Shown piece by piece: positions 20,481 to 30,164 of a stretch of 64,000 bases of DNA. Each line of letters starts with the position of its first letter. Positions within the stretch are counted from its first letter, which is position 1. Below the pieces are notes generated by a model. That model was given only the letters and a program-made list of their open reading frames with translations. It made no database searches and was not told the origin of the DNA. This stretch comes from Candidatus Cloacimonadales bacterium. GTDB taxonomy: Bacteria; Cloacimonadota; Cloacimonadia; Cloacimonadales; JAIOQZ01. The stretch is taken from the NCBI GenBank assembly GCA_963674825.1, contig OY771587.1, positions 2,528,001 through 2,592,000 of the forward strand, in the 5' to 3' direction. The translations under genes were made by a program, and so were the position numbers.

Positions 20481-21845
20481 ATGATTGAGAACGTTTTCAT
20501 TATCAATAAACATACGCAGATCAAAGAGCTGGGCTCGGACATCAAGTTCAGGATTCTGAACGAACTGATTCTCAACTCCGCCACCTGTCAGCAACTGGCA
20601 GATATCCTCGGTGTCAGCAAGCAGAAGGTTCACTATAATCTGAAAGGACTCTTGGGTGAGGGGCTCATCCGAATCGAAGACGACGCGCCATATAACAATA
20701 AAGAGAAGTACTATCGTGCGTGTGCCTTGAATTATGTCATCGACTTCACACTTGGGAAAAACACCGCATCCAGTCCGATGAATAGCCGCGAGCTACTCAA
20801 CGCCATCCTTAAGGAAAACTACGGAATCAACCTCGATTTCCTGGCGGTGAAGCTGCTCAACGACTGTCTCAAGCTGCGTCCGCGTGACAAGCTCCTGGTG
20901 ACTACGGGAAAATACAACATGCCTTTGGTTGAAAAGCTCCTGGTGGAAGCAGGTCGTCGGCAGATCGACCTGACGTTGATCTACCAGCATGCCGATTTCA
21001 TCAAAGCAAAGAACAGCGAATATTCACTTTCAGCGCTGACCCATGATTACGAGCGATTCAATGCGCTTCTTCAAGAGCACGACGTGTTTTTGAACCTCAA
21101 TGGTGAAGCTCGTTATATCCCGATGGAAGGCGATGAACGTATGGCGATTCGGGCGCGCGGATTCGAGAAGAGCCGTGAGATCATAGCGAAAAATGGTGTT
21201 CGCGTTGCGATCATGCCCGGCCTAATGAAAGAGACTTTGCAGGAGAGCGACATACTCTCCGAGATTCGTTTCTGGAAAGCGCTGGATATCGATTACGCCA
21301 AACTTTATCAAGCTACTGACGCTGTAGGAAGCAAACTCCAGAGTCACCGCTTTATGGAGATCAAGGAACAAGGGGCGACACTGCGGTTCGAAATCGATAA
21401 GGTTGTGTGCGAATACGGCTCCTTCGGTGATAGCCCGAGGCAAAGCCCGATCATCAATCTCCCCGGTGGCAAGGTGCTGATCCTTCCCAAGCCCGGGACA
21501 TTGACCGGAACATTCTCTTCGAAAGTAGGGCAGGCGTTTGGTGAGCATATTTTCCAGCCGCGCCTGACATTCAAGAACGACCGCGTTGTCGATTACACCG
21601 CAGATAATCCCGAGCTGATCACAAAAGCGATCGAAGCTGGTGGAAAGGATGGCGGTATGGCGGCGCTGATCTGCATCAATACCAACTACAACATGAGCGG
21701 CGGAGCGATCGACACATCGTTGCAGCATAAAGCACCTGGAATTTTGTCGATCTACTTCGGCGAGAACGTATCATTTGGCGGCACCGTGGAGGGTGAACTC
21801 GAGTGGACCGTCAATTTCGATTCTCCAGAAATTACCTTGCATTAG
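20481..21845 (+). CDS. ArsR-like winged-HTH regulator fused to a degenerate M29 (aminopeptidase T-like) domain
   Basis: N-term RILNEL...ATCQQLADILGVSKQKVHYNLKGL..EGLI...EKYYRA; C-term IDY..L, NLPGG, LTFKN.RVV, GG-N-type M29 scaffold. ATG 20481 follows AGGAG. Confidence 0.75.
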   Translation: MIENVFIINKHTQIKELGSDIKFRILNELILNSATCQQLADILGVSKQKVHYNLKGLLGEGLIRIEDDAPYNNKEKYYRACALNYVIDFTLGKNTASSPMNSRELLNAILKENYGINLDFLAVKLLNDCLKLRPRDKLLVTTGKYNMPLVEKLLVEAGRRQIDLTLIYQHADFIKAKNSEYSLSALTHDYERFNALLQEHDVFLNLNGEARYIPMEGDERMAIRARGFEKSREIIAKNGVRVAIMPGLMKETLQESDILSEIRFWKALDIDYAKLYQATDAVGSKLQSHRFMEIKEQGATLRFEIDKVVCEYGSFGDSPRQSPIINLPGGKVLILPKPGTLTGTFSSKVGQAFGEHIFQPRLTFKNDRVVDYTADNPELITKAIEAGGKDGGMAALICINTNYNMSGGAIDTSLQHKAPGILSIYFGENVSFGGTVEGELEWTVNFDSPEITLH

Positions 21846-21863
21846 TACTAACAGGAGGCATAA

Positions 21864-24800
21864 ATGAAAAAGATGTGGTTTGCGGTTGTTATGATCGCGT
21901 TGTTGAGCACGGTTAGCGCGGAATGGGTGGTACAGGAAAACTTTGAGACAGGCGCGGTTCCCAATGGGTGGACGATCCTCGACGAGGATGGTGACGGAAA
22001 CCAGTGGTCGGTCATTGAAAACGCGGATTACGCGCATAGCGGCACTCATGCGATGTTCTGCCAGAACTACTTCCCGAACGAAAACGAAGATTGGGTCATC
22101 CTTCCTCAATTCACCGTTTCGGAAGGCGATTCGCTTCACTTCTACGCCCGATCCTGGGTGAGTTCAGAAAACTTGCAGGTTTTACTATCCAATGAAGACC
22201 CAGAGATAAACGATTTCGATTATACCTTGCTCGATACGGATGATGTGGGCAATACCTATGAACGCTACAACATTTCATTGGAAAGCTACGTTGGGCAGTC
22301 AGTCTATCTGGCATTCTATTGGGAAGCAGATACTTATGGTATTCTGATCGACGACGTACTCGTCGGCTCGCTGGATGATGTCAACCCCGAGATCGACCTG
22401 CCGGAAAGCTTCAGCTTTGTGCAGGGCGAGGAACTTGTGGTCGATTTCAGTCAGTACATCGATAACGCTCAGCCTGATGACGCCAGCCTGGCAGTTACAG
22501 GCAATACCGATATCAATGTAGTGATTGATGATTTCGACGTGACGTTCTCATCTCCTGACTGGTATGGAACTCAGACACTCACATTTACTGTGACCAACGA
22601 GAACAGCTCTGCCAGCGACGAGGTTGATGTTATCGTCGAGCAAGCCCCGGAGATTGACCTCATCGCACAGCGTATCCTCGCGCCGCAGGTGATGACCTAC
22701 CTCGAAGGAGAACTCTATCCTGCTCTATCCATCTTCAATGATGGAACTGGTACGATATCCAGTTCGTTCGACGTCAGTTGCCTCATCATCGATTCTGGTG
22801 AGGAAGTGTTCTTCGACGAAACAGCGAGCTGCACGGAATCGATCCCGGGTGGTGACTCTATTGCCTTTACCTTCCCGATCTCGTGTACGCCGGATATGGA
22901 AGGCGAATACACCATCACGTTCACAATCGACCTGGAAGATGGCGACCAAACCAACAATGTGATTACTGATGATTTCATAGTAGCCGAGCATTTCGGCGAG
23001 GGTGGGCCGGACAGCTTCAGCTACATGTGGACGGATAGCGAAACCGATGGCGGTCCGACATACAACTGGATCGATATTTCCGAGACCGGCACATCCGCGA
23101 TCATGGCGGGTGTTGATTCTTTTTCCGGTGACGATAACTTTTCCGAACCGCTCGAGTTCGGATTCGACTTCCCATTCTACGGGATCATGTACTCCTCCTT
23201 CTACGTTGACACAAATGGAGAAATGCTCCTTGGCGAAAACACCTGGTACCAGCCCTATCCGAATAACGGCTGGGGCAATGACGGAAACGTCTTCAACTGG
23301 ACGTACCCAATTCCCGGATACTCCCAGATGCCGGGTCTTATCGCCGTGTTTTGGGATGACCTGGAGGCTGACGAAGGTGTTGGTGATATCTATTACCAAA
23401 CCTTCGGCACAGCCCCGGATCGCTACTGCGTGATTCAGTGGCACGATTTCCGGTTCCACTCCGGAACCGACCTTGCTGAGTACCTCAATTTCGAGGTTGT
23501 TCTATACGAAAACGGCGATATCCTCATGCAATATCAGAATGTCACAACCTACCAGACCGGAACACAAGCGCCGCATGATTTTGGCCAAAGTTCCACAATT
23601 GCCATCCAGAATGAATCCACCGATGTGGGTCTCTGTTACCTGCGCGAACTGGTAACCGGAAGCGTCTGGCAAGGTTTCGAGCCGGAAGGAAACCTGCCAC
23701 ACGACGAGCTGGCGATCCGTTTCTACCCTTCAGAGGACATGCAAGCTCCGGTTATCACGCATGAAGCGATGGGCAATACCTTCGATTCATACATCGGCTT
23801 CGATGTAACCATCGTGGATATGAGCGCGGTCGATTCGGCTATGCTGTATTATCGCTACGGCGGTGAATGGATCTCCACATCCTACGACAGCGTTGATGGA
23901 ACCACGTACCATTTTACTACTGGAGATATCCCGCAGGGTTCGAGTGTCGAATACTATCTGGAAGCTTCAGATGAAAATGGATATACTTCGACATTACCTA
24001 ATGGTGCGCCGGATAACATCTATACCTTCAATACGCTGCCTATGCAGGATGTGACGGTGCTGCTCGCCTATTCCGGTACGCAGGACTGGCAGAACATCGA
24101 GTATCCAGTTTACATCGATATACTCGATGATCTCAACATCGATTACGACATCTACGATTGGCAGGAATACGCATCATTCAGGTTCCCGGGTCAGTATTCC
24201 AGTATCATCGTTTTCGCAAGTTCGGGTGCTCCTGGTGAAGACAGCGACACACTCTCCACAGCGCTTGTGGAATATCTCGATTCCGGAACCGAAACAGAGC
24301 CGAAGAACGTTTTCTTCGCGTCGGATGGATTCGCGTATTCTCAAAGCGGAACACCCAACTCCGATCCGCGCAAGCTGCTTCTGACTGCCTACTTCCGTAC
24401 ATCCTACATCGGGACAACGATCGGTGGCGGAACCAACGGCCTGGCCGGCCCCGACTACATCGGCTATGCAGAAGGTACGATCGTCTGTCTGGAAGATTCC
24501 CCCGTGGGAACTCAGGGTGATGAGCTCGATGTTTATGCCAATAGCCCGGATTGTATCTTCGAAAAGGACGCATGCCCTTCCTGGTACGAGGATCAGGTAC
24601 AGAATCCCGGTATTGGCTCTCATAACGCATATATTTTCGAAGATGGTCCGATCAACGGACAAGCATATCTTTATCACGGTGTCTGCGCGACATGGATCGA
24701 TAACCTCATTTATAAGGCGTTCTATTTCTCCTTCGATCTCTCGCAGGTCAGCTCGGACGAAGCGCGCATGGAAATGCTCGCCGATGCACTGGACTGGTTT

Positions 24801-25121
24801 GGAGAAGATATGGGAGAATCGGATGAAGATCTCATTCCACCCACGAATCTAACTCTGCTGCAAAACGCCCCCAATCCTTTCAATCCAGACACCGTGATTC
24901 ATTTCTCGCTGCCGCAGGACGGTAAAGTAGAGCTCAGCGTGTACAATATCAGAGGACGTAAGGTCAAGACGCTGTGTGAGGAAAATCTCACGGCCGGTAA
25001 CCACAGCGTAACCTGGAACGGTACCGACGATGATGGGAAATCCTGCTCATCTGGCGTTTACCTGTATCGAATCAACACGCCAAACGATAGCCGGACCCGC
25101 AAGATGATCCTGCTAAAGTAA
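21864..25121 (+). CDS. Secreted cleaved-adhesin (choice-of-anchor J-like) multidomain protein with T9SS type-A/FlgD-Ig CTD
   Basis: Signal peptide; ENFE...PNGWTILDEDGDGNQW...DWVILP...IDDV; GGPD.F.Y.W.DS; ends QNAPNPFNPDT...WNGTDDDGK..SSGVYLY..RKMILLK. Confidence 0.85.
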   Translation: MKKMWFAVVMIALLSTVSAEWVVQENFETGAVPNGWTILDEDGDGNQWSVIENADYAHSGTHAMFCQNYFPNENEDWVILPQFTVSEGDSLHFYARSWVSSENLQVLLSNEDPEINDFDYTLLDTDDVGNTYERYNISLESYVGQSVYLAFYWEADTYGILIDDVLVGSLDDVNPEIDLPESFSFVQGEELVVDFSQYIDNAQPDDASLAVTGNTDINVVIDDFDVTFSSPDWYGTQTLTFTVTNENSSASDEVDVIVEQAPEIDLIAQRILAPQVMTYLEGELYPALSIFNDGTGTISSSFDVSCLIIDSGEEVFFDETASCTESIPGGDSIAFTFPISCTPDMEGEYTITFTIDLEDGDQTNNVITDDFIVAEHFGEGGPDSFSYMWTDSETDGGPTYNWIDISETGTSAIMAGVDSFSGDDNFSEPLEFGFDFPFYGIMYSSFYVDTNGEMLLGENTWYQPYPNNGWGNDGNVFNWTYPIPGYSQMPGLIAVFWDDLEADEGVGDIYYQTFGTAPDRYCVIQWHDFRFHSGTDLAEYLNFEVVLYENGDILMQYQNVTTYQTGTQAPHDFGQSSTIAIQNESTDVGLCYLRELVTGSVWQGFEPEGNLPHDELAIRFYPSEDMQAPVITHEAMGNTFDSYIGFDVTIVDMSAVDSAMLYYRYGGEWISTSYDSVDGTTYHFTTGDIPQGSSVEYYLEASDENGYTSTLPNGAPDNIYTFNTLPMQDVTVLLAYSGTQDWQNIEYPVYIDILDDLNIDYDIYDWQEYASFRFPGQYSSIIVFASSGAPGEDSDTLSTALVEYLDSGTETEPKNVFFASDGFAYSQSGTPNSDPRKLLLTAYFRTSYIGTTIGGGTNGLAGPDYIGYAEGTIVCLEDSPVGTQGDELDVYANSPDCIFEKDACPSWYEDQVQNPGIGSHNAYIFEDGPINGQAYLYHGVCATWIDNLIYKAFYFSFDLSQVSSDEARMEMLADALDWFGEDMGESDEDLIPPTNLTLLQNAPNPFNPDTVIHFSLPQDGKVELSVYNIRGRKVKTLCEENLTAGNHSVTWNGTDDDGKSCSSGVYLYRINTPNDSRTRKMILLK

Positions 25122-25222
25122 TTTCGGCTTTGGCGAAGCCAAAACGAAATCATGAGCGATGTGAGTTCGCGTAGCGAATTCATGTTAGTGGATCGTCGGC
25201 TTTGGCTTTGCCAAAACGAAAT
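25121..25222. repeat. REP/BIME-like cluster of three hairpins
   Basis: TCGGCTTTGGC-NNN-GCCAAAACGAAAT occurs twice (25124-25150, 25196-25222) around ATGTGAGTTCGC-GTA-GCGAATTCATGT (25159-25185). Confidence 0.65.
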
Positions 25223-25309
25223 GGCATATAAAAAACTATTTGACTGAACACAATCGAAAGAGTAAGCTTGGCTTACTCTTTCTTTATATTCAGGAGGTTT
25301 TATGCGAAA

Positions 25310-26749
25310 ATGTTTATTGCACTATTGGCAATGATGTGCTTGAACCTGATCGCGGGTGACAATCTACCATCTCTTATTAAACGATTCGAGCGCGGAAAAT
25401 GGGGTTATCATGAGCTGAACGTCGATCTTGACGGGCAATATTCTCTGTCGAACCAGAATTCCAATTTTCCGGCTCTTGAAACGACTGATTCGGAAATCTA
25501 TGGCTATAAAAACGATTCATCGATCTACGAACGAGAGAGTTACGGATATGGCTTTGGATTTCGGTATGACAGAGAGCTTGAAAGTGAAGGCACTTGCTAC
25601 GATCTCATGCTCAATCCATCGTTCAGCTGGTCTCGAAATGAGCAAGAATATAGTCAGTACATCAACGATAGCGGTGATACGGAAGTGTACAACAATAGCT
25701 ATAACAGAGATTATTACCTGAGGGTAAGGCAGAGCCTTGCTAGTCAGCACTATGTCCGTGATGACTATTACGTCGCTATGAATACCTATATTGATGGATA
25801 TTTGAACGATGACAAAAAGAACGATGATTACTCCAATTCTAAGACCGAGACCAAAGACCTTGAGGCGTCGATTTCTGTTGGTTTTGGTCACGGGAGACTC
25901 CATGATGTGACCAACGTCGTTCGGGCGAAATGGATGGCGGATCGGCTGACTGATCTGCACAATATAAAGCTGACTGACGAACAGATTCTTCAATTGGCGC
26001 AATACCTCGACAGCAAGACAGCTTACGTCAACGCGCTCGATTTCTACAATAACGCCTACGAGACCACTTTCTGGCGCGATGTGATGGATGGCTTGGGGCT
26101 ACAGCTCAGCTACGATCAATTCCTGGATATGACACGTGAAGCACGTAGCGGAACGCTTATGAGGAGGTATCAGGGTTTACGTTATGAGCTCGATGGGTTC
26201 TACGAGTACGGATATTATCACTATGAGCGAACGTACAATTCAAGCTACGAGAGCAAGAAAAAGCTGATATCGGAGAGCCCTTGCTACGGCCTTAGTGGCT
26301 CGGTGAATTACTGGGACAATACCTCGACCCGCAGCCAGATAAACGTGACATTTCCTGTCAAATACTCTATATCGCATGTAAAAAATACCGATGAGGATAT
26401 TGATTATGATGAGCATGATAAGACTGAAGAGACGACTGACTTCACCGTTCTGTCGATAACGCCGGGCGCTTCGTACCTGTATCAGATTACCGATCGCCTT
26501 GCATGCGAGCTTCAGGCCAACATCGGCTACTATCTCTTCGATAAGGATGTTGACTACAGCTACCTCGACTATGAACTGGGAACGGAAGTCACAAACTATC
26601 TCAGCGATTCGATGTTGCTCGTTTTTGCCGCAAGATATACCCGTACCGATTACTTTGACGACGATGCTATCGAAGACGGCGGCAGGCAGTCGGATCGGCT
26701 TAGCTTTGGCCTGAATCTTGAGTGGCGTCCATACGCTTCGATGTTCTGA
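25310..26749 (+). CDS. Hypothetical exported protein, probable outer-membrane beta-barrel
   Basis: Hydrophobic signal; Tyr/Ser-rich alternating strands; C-terminal LSFGLNLEWRP. Start is ambiguous (see findings). Confidence 0.6.
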   Translation: MFIALLAMMCLNLIAGDNLPSLIKRFERGKWGYHELNVDLDGQYSLSNQNSNFPALETTDSEIYGYKNDSSIYERESYGYGFGFRYDRELESEGTCYDLMLNPSFSWSRNEQEYSQYINDSGDTEVYNNSYNRDYYLRVRQSLASQHYVRDDYYVAMNTYIDGYLNDDKKNDDYSNSKTETKDLEASISVGFGHGRLHDVTNVVRAKWMADRLTDLHNIKLTDEQILQLAQYLDSKTAYVNALDFYNNAYETTFWRDVMDGLGLQLSYDQFLDMTREARSGTLMRRYQGLRYELDGFYEYGYYHYERTYNSSYESKKKLISESPCYGLSGSVNYWDNTSTRSQINVTFPVKYSISHVKNTDEDIDYDEHDKTEETTDFTVLSITPGASYLYQITDRLACELQANIGYYLFDKDVDYSYLDYELGTEVTNYLSDSMLLVFAARYTRTDYFDDDAIEDGGRQSDRLSFGLNLEWRPYASMF

Positions 26750-26942
26750 TCGAGATATTTCTGCCCGCACGTCTCCTTATGTTGATATATGGAATAGCGA
26801 GATTTACATGATAGATCAAGAATAAGAGAGATGGAATGACTTGGGCACCGGCGCTCCGGAGCGCAGGCAGGATAAGGCATAAAAAAACTTGACGGGAAAG
26901 CTGCCCCGCCAGAAACTTAGAAAAAACAGTGTGGGAGAAAAC

Positions 26943-27392
26943 ATGATCCGTGACAGCCGTGGATTCAGCATCTACAAAGTTATCAGCATAATCTCTTTCC
27001 TGGCAATGATCTTCGTGCTTGCACTACCGCAATTCTTCGATCTTGAAGCGAAAGAAAAGTCAACGCAGTGCGTGAAGAACATGGAACAGATTTACTTCGC
27101 CGTTCAACGCTATATGATCGAGCGCAACCTTGAATTCAACGCCGATGGCAGTGAAGACACCGCCGATCTGAAGCGCATGGGCTACCTCGACGCTATCCTT
27201 GAATGCCCCGAGAAAGCCGCCGGCGATAAATATATCATCGAAGGCCTCTGGACAGAACAGGGCAAGAACATGGATCCCGAAACCAGAAAATTCTTACCCG
27301 AAGAGGAAAAGAAAAAACTGATCAAGATTATCGTACAATGCCCGTGGGAAAAGGAATATCCTAACCACGTACTTCCGGAGCAGTACCAGTAA
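26943..27392 (+). CDS. Pilin/pseudopilin-like protein (ComGC/GspG-like)
   Basis: MIRDSRG|FSIYKVISIISFLAMIFVLALPQF: class III signal, hydrophobic helix ending in Pro, then a C..NM..I..A..Y helix and CP motifs. Confidence 0.65.
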   Translation: MIRDSRGFSIYKVISIISFLAMIFVLALPQFFDLEAKEKSTQCVKNMEQIYFAVQRYMIERNLEFNADGSEDTADLKRMGYLDAILECPEKAAGDKYIIEGLWTEQGKNMDPETRKFLPEEEKKKLIKIIVQCPWEKEYPNHVLPEQYQ

Positions 27393-27411
27393 TCGAGTAT
27401 AAGAACGTTTT

Positions 27412-27442
27412 AAACCTTCAGGCTCCGCTTGAAGGTTTTTTT
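27412..27442 (+). terminator. Intrinsic terminator
   Basis: AAACCTTCAGGC-tcc-GCTTGAAGGTTT followed by TTTT. Confidence 0.75.
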
Positions 27443-27465
27443 CTTATCCTCTACCACTGAAAAGG

Positions 27466-28758
27466 ATGAAAATGGACTATAAAACCTTCCTCGATACCAT
27501 ATATCAGCGCCATTCAAGCAACGTAAAGCTTGGATTGGAGCGGATGGAAGCCATTCTGGAACGGATGGATTCACCTCATAAAAAATTGTCCGGACTGCAC
27601 ATCGCAGGCACCAACGGCAAAGGCTCCGTGTCTGCCATGTGTGAAGCGATGGCACTCGAACATGGACAGACAACCGGCATGAACACCTCGCCGCACCTGA
27701 TTGATTACTGCGAACGTTTCCGTATCAATGGGCAGAACATCGACTACCAGAAGTTGCTGGAGATCTATTTCGAATGGCAGAAGGATTTTGACGAAACCGA
27801 AGCCTCCTTCTTCGAGATCAGCACCGCGATGGCATTCTATATCTTCCACCGCGAGCAGGTCGATACAGCTATTTTCGAGGTTGGACTTGGCGGAAGACTG
27901 GACGGCACTAACCCGTTCAAGAGCACCGTCAGTGTCATTACCGGTATCTCGATCGATCACCCCAAAAGCCTGGGTGATTCCATCGAATTGATCGCACGCG
28001 AAAAAGCAGGGATTATCAAGCCACGTACGCCGCTCATCATGGGACGCATGCCTGAGATCGCTACCGATGTGATACTCGAATCAGCCCTGATGAAGCAGGT
28101 CCCCGTCCTGCAATATGGCGTGGATTTCACAGCGGAGAACATCCATGTCGATCTCACCGGAACACGGTTCGATTATCAGTCTGGCTGGATGGGTGTTGAG
28201 ATAAATGATATCCGCGTTAACCTTTTAGGCGAGCACCAGGCGACCAATGCCGCCACCGCGATCACAGCGTTTATCAACTATATGAACCGGCGTGGACTGC
28301 CCTACGATCTAGAGAAAATTCGCAGCGCGCTAAACAAGGTCAACTGGATGGGTCGCATGCAGGTTCTTCGCACAGAACCGACTGTTATCATCGACGGTGC
28401 ACATAACGAAGAGGGTGTCAAAGCGTTGGTCGATAACGTGCGCAAGATGTTCCCGGAAAAGCGCTTGCTGTTTGTCGTCGCCATTCTGCGGGACAAGAAG
28501 CTCGACCGGATGATCGAGGACATTTGCACCATCGCGAGCAAGCTATTTATCGCGAAGAATCAATCCGATCGCGCGGCCGATATCGAAGAGCAGGCGGATG
28601 TTGCACGTCAGACCAAGACACCGTTCGAAGTCGCTGATGGCGTGATGAAAGCGGTTGGAATGGCGATGAGTGAGGCGAGTAAAGATGACATTGTGATCGT
28701 TACCGGATCGCTTTATACCATTGCGGAAGTGCTGGCAAAGCAGGAGGAGCTGTCGTGA
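27466..28758 (+). CDS. folC: Bifunctional folylpolyglutamate synthase/dihydrofolate synthase
   Basis: HIAGTNGKGSV, TSPHL...ERF, FEVGLGGRLDGTN, DGAHN, TGSLY. Confidence 0.95.
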   Translation: MKMDYKTFLDTIYQRHSSNVKLGLERMEAILERMDSPHKKLSGLHIAGTNGKGSVSAMCEAMALEHGQTTGMNTSPHLIDYCERFRINGQNIDYQKLLEIYFEWQKDFDETEASFFEISTAMAFYIFHREQVDTAIFEVGLGGRLDGTNPFKSTVSVITGISIDHPKSLGDSIELIAREKAGIIKPRTPLIMGRMPEIATDVILESALMKQVPVLQYGVDFTAENIHVDLTGTRFDYQSGWMGVEINDIRVNLLGEHQATNAATAITAFINYMNRRGLPYDLEKIRSALNKVNWMGRMQVLRTEPTVIIDGAHNEEGVKALVDNVRKMFPEKRLLFVVAILRDKKLDRMIEDICTIASKLFIAKNQSDRAADIEEQADVARQTKTPFEVADGVMKAVGMAMSEASKDDIVIVTGSLYTIAEVLAKQEELS

Positions 28759-29405
28759 GTATCAGGGCATTCCTCTTCGATCTGGACGGCACGCTTCTCA
28801 ATACTCTTGCCGATATTGCTGAAAGCCTGAACACCGCGCTTGAGGATATCGGGTTGCAACCGCATCCTGTAGAAGCGTACCGGAATTTCGTGGGCGATGG
28901 TGCATTCGAGCTGGTTCGGAAAGCCGTTCCGCCAGCATATCAGGATGATGAAACAGTTGAACAGCTACTGGACAGCTTCCGCGAAAATTACGCAGAGAAC
29001 TGGAGCCACCAGACTTCGATCTATGCAGGTATAAAGGAACTACTTGAGGAACTGCGCGAGCAAGGCATACAGACCTGTGTTCTATCCAATAAACCCGATG
29101 ATTTCACCCGGGTCATGGTCGAGTATTTCTTCGGAGATCATCCATTCGATTACGTCATGGGGCACAAGGCGGATTTCCCGCCTAAGCCGGATCCCGAAAG
29201 CACGCTCTATATGCTCGAAATGATGGGTATCGAGCGTGAAGAAGCCGCGTATGTGGGCGATATGCACATCGATATGAATACAGCGCTAAATGCCGGAATT
29301 ATGCCCATTGGTGTCAGCTGGGGGTTTCAGGATGTCGATGAACTGCGAGATGCCGGTGCGGAACTGATTATATACGATCCGGAAGAGCTTCTCGATCTGA
29401 TTTAA
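28755..29405 (+). CDS. HAD-superfamily hydrolase (phosphoglycolate phosphatase-like)
   Basis: FDLDGTL, LSNK, KPDP, YVGD..ID, GVSWGF. Confidence 0.9.
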   Translation: MSIRAFLFDLDGTLLNTLADIAESLNTALEDIGLQPHPVEAYRNFVGDGAFELVRKAVPPAYQDDETVEQLLDSFRENYAENWSHQTSIYAGIKELLEELREQGIQTCVLSNKPDDFTRVMVEYFFGDHPFDYVMGHKADFPPKPDPESTLYMLEMMGIEREEAAYVGDMHIDMNTALNAGIMPIGVSWGFQDVDELRDAGAELIIYDPEELLDLI

Positions 29406-30163
29406 TTGTCTGCCCGGAACAATACGACGGTAATGTTGTCTTTGCCCCCGGCCTCGTTTGCCGACTGGACAAGCGTCGAAGCAGCCATGTCGAGGTCGGA
29501 CGAGTGCTTGACGATTGTCTTGATCTCTCGATCGCTCAAAAGGTCAGTAAGGCCATCACTGCAAAGCAGATAGGTAGCCTTGCGGCGCAGCATGGTCGTC
29601 TGGCTGAAGATGCTCAACTTGTAGTCGATCCCGACAGCGCTGGTCACCAGGTGATTCAGCGGATGACTACGCATCTCGTCTTTGCTGATGATACCCTTCT
29701 CATAGAGCTCCCACACTTCTGAGTGATCTTTGCTAAGCTGGAAGATCTGTTCTTCGCGGCACTCGTAGATTCGGCTGTCGCCCACCGAGAGAATATGCAA
29801 ATTCTGCCCATCAACCAAAGCGGCGATAAATGTCGTTCCCATGCTGTAATATTCTGGATTCTTGTAGGCGTAATCGCGGATGCGCTGGTTGATGTTGTCG
29901 ATATTGATTCGCATGACCTCGAGTGGCGTTCTGGGCATCTTGTTCATGGAGTACCATTCCATTGCAAACCACTGCGTAGCGAGTTTACTCGCCACTTCAC
30001 CTGCGCGATAGCCTCCGAGGCCATCCGCCACAATGAAAAGCTCACCAAGCTTCTTCGTATTGTGCGCAGGTAGTCCGGTAACAGAGGTGTTGTCCGGCAG
30101 GAAGAGGAAATCCTCGTTGTGCCCACGCATCATGCCCCGGTCGGTCAGTCCGAAATAATCCAC
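29402..30163 (-). CDS. PP2C-family Ser/Thr protein phosphatase (Stp1/PrpC-like)
   Basis: R.HNED, VADGLGG..AGEVAS, MGTT, VGDSR.Y, LLCSDGLTD, GGKDNIT. Confidence 0.93.
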   Translation of the reverse strand: MDYFGLTDRGMMRGHNEDFLFLPDNTSVTGLPAHNTKKLGELFIVADGLGGYRAGEVASKLATQWFAMEWYSMNKMPRTPLEVMRINIDNINQRIRDYAYKNPEYYSMGTTFIAALVDGQNLHILSVGDSRIYECREEQIFQLSKDHSEVWELYEKGIISKDEMRSHPLNHLVTSAVGIDYKLSIFSQTTMLRRKATYLLCSDGLTDLLSDREIKTIVKHSSDLDMAASTLVQSANEAGGKDNITVVLFRADN

Positions 30164-30164
30164 A

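Noticed and set aside
26240..26770. Minus-strand 176-aa ORF preceded by AAGGAG
   Set aside because: SD spacing is too short, it is antisense to the barrel gene, and there is no recognisable domain.
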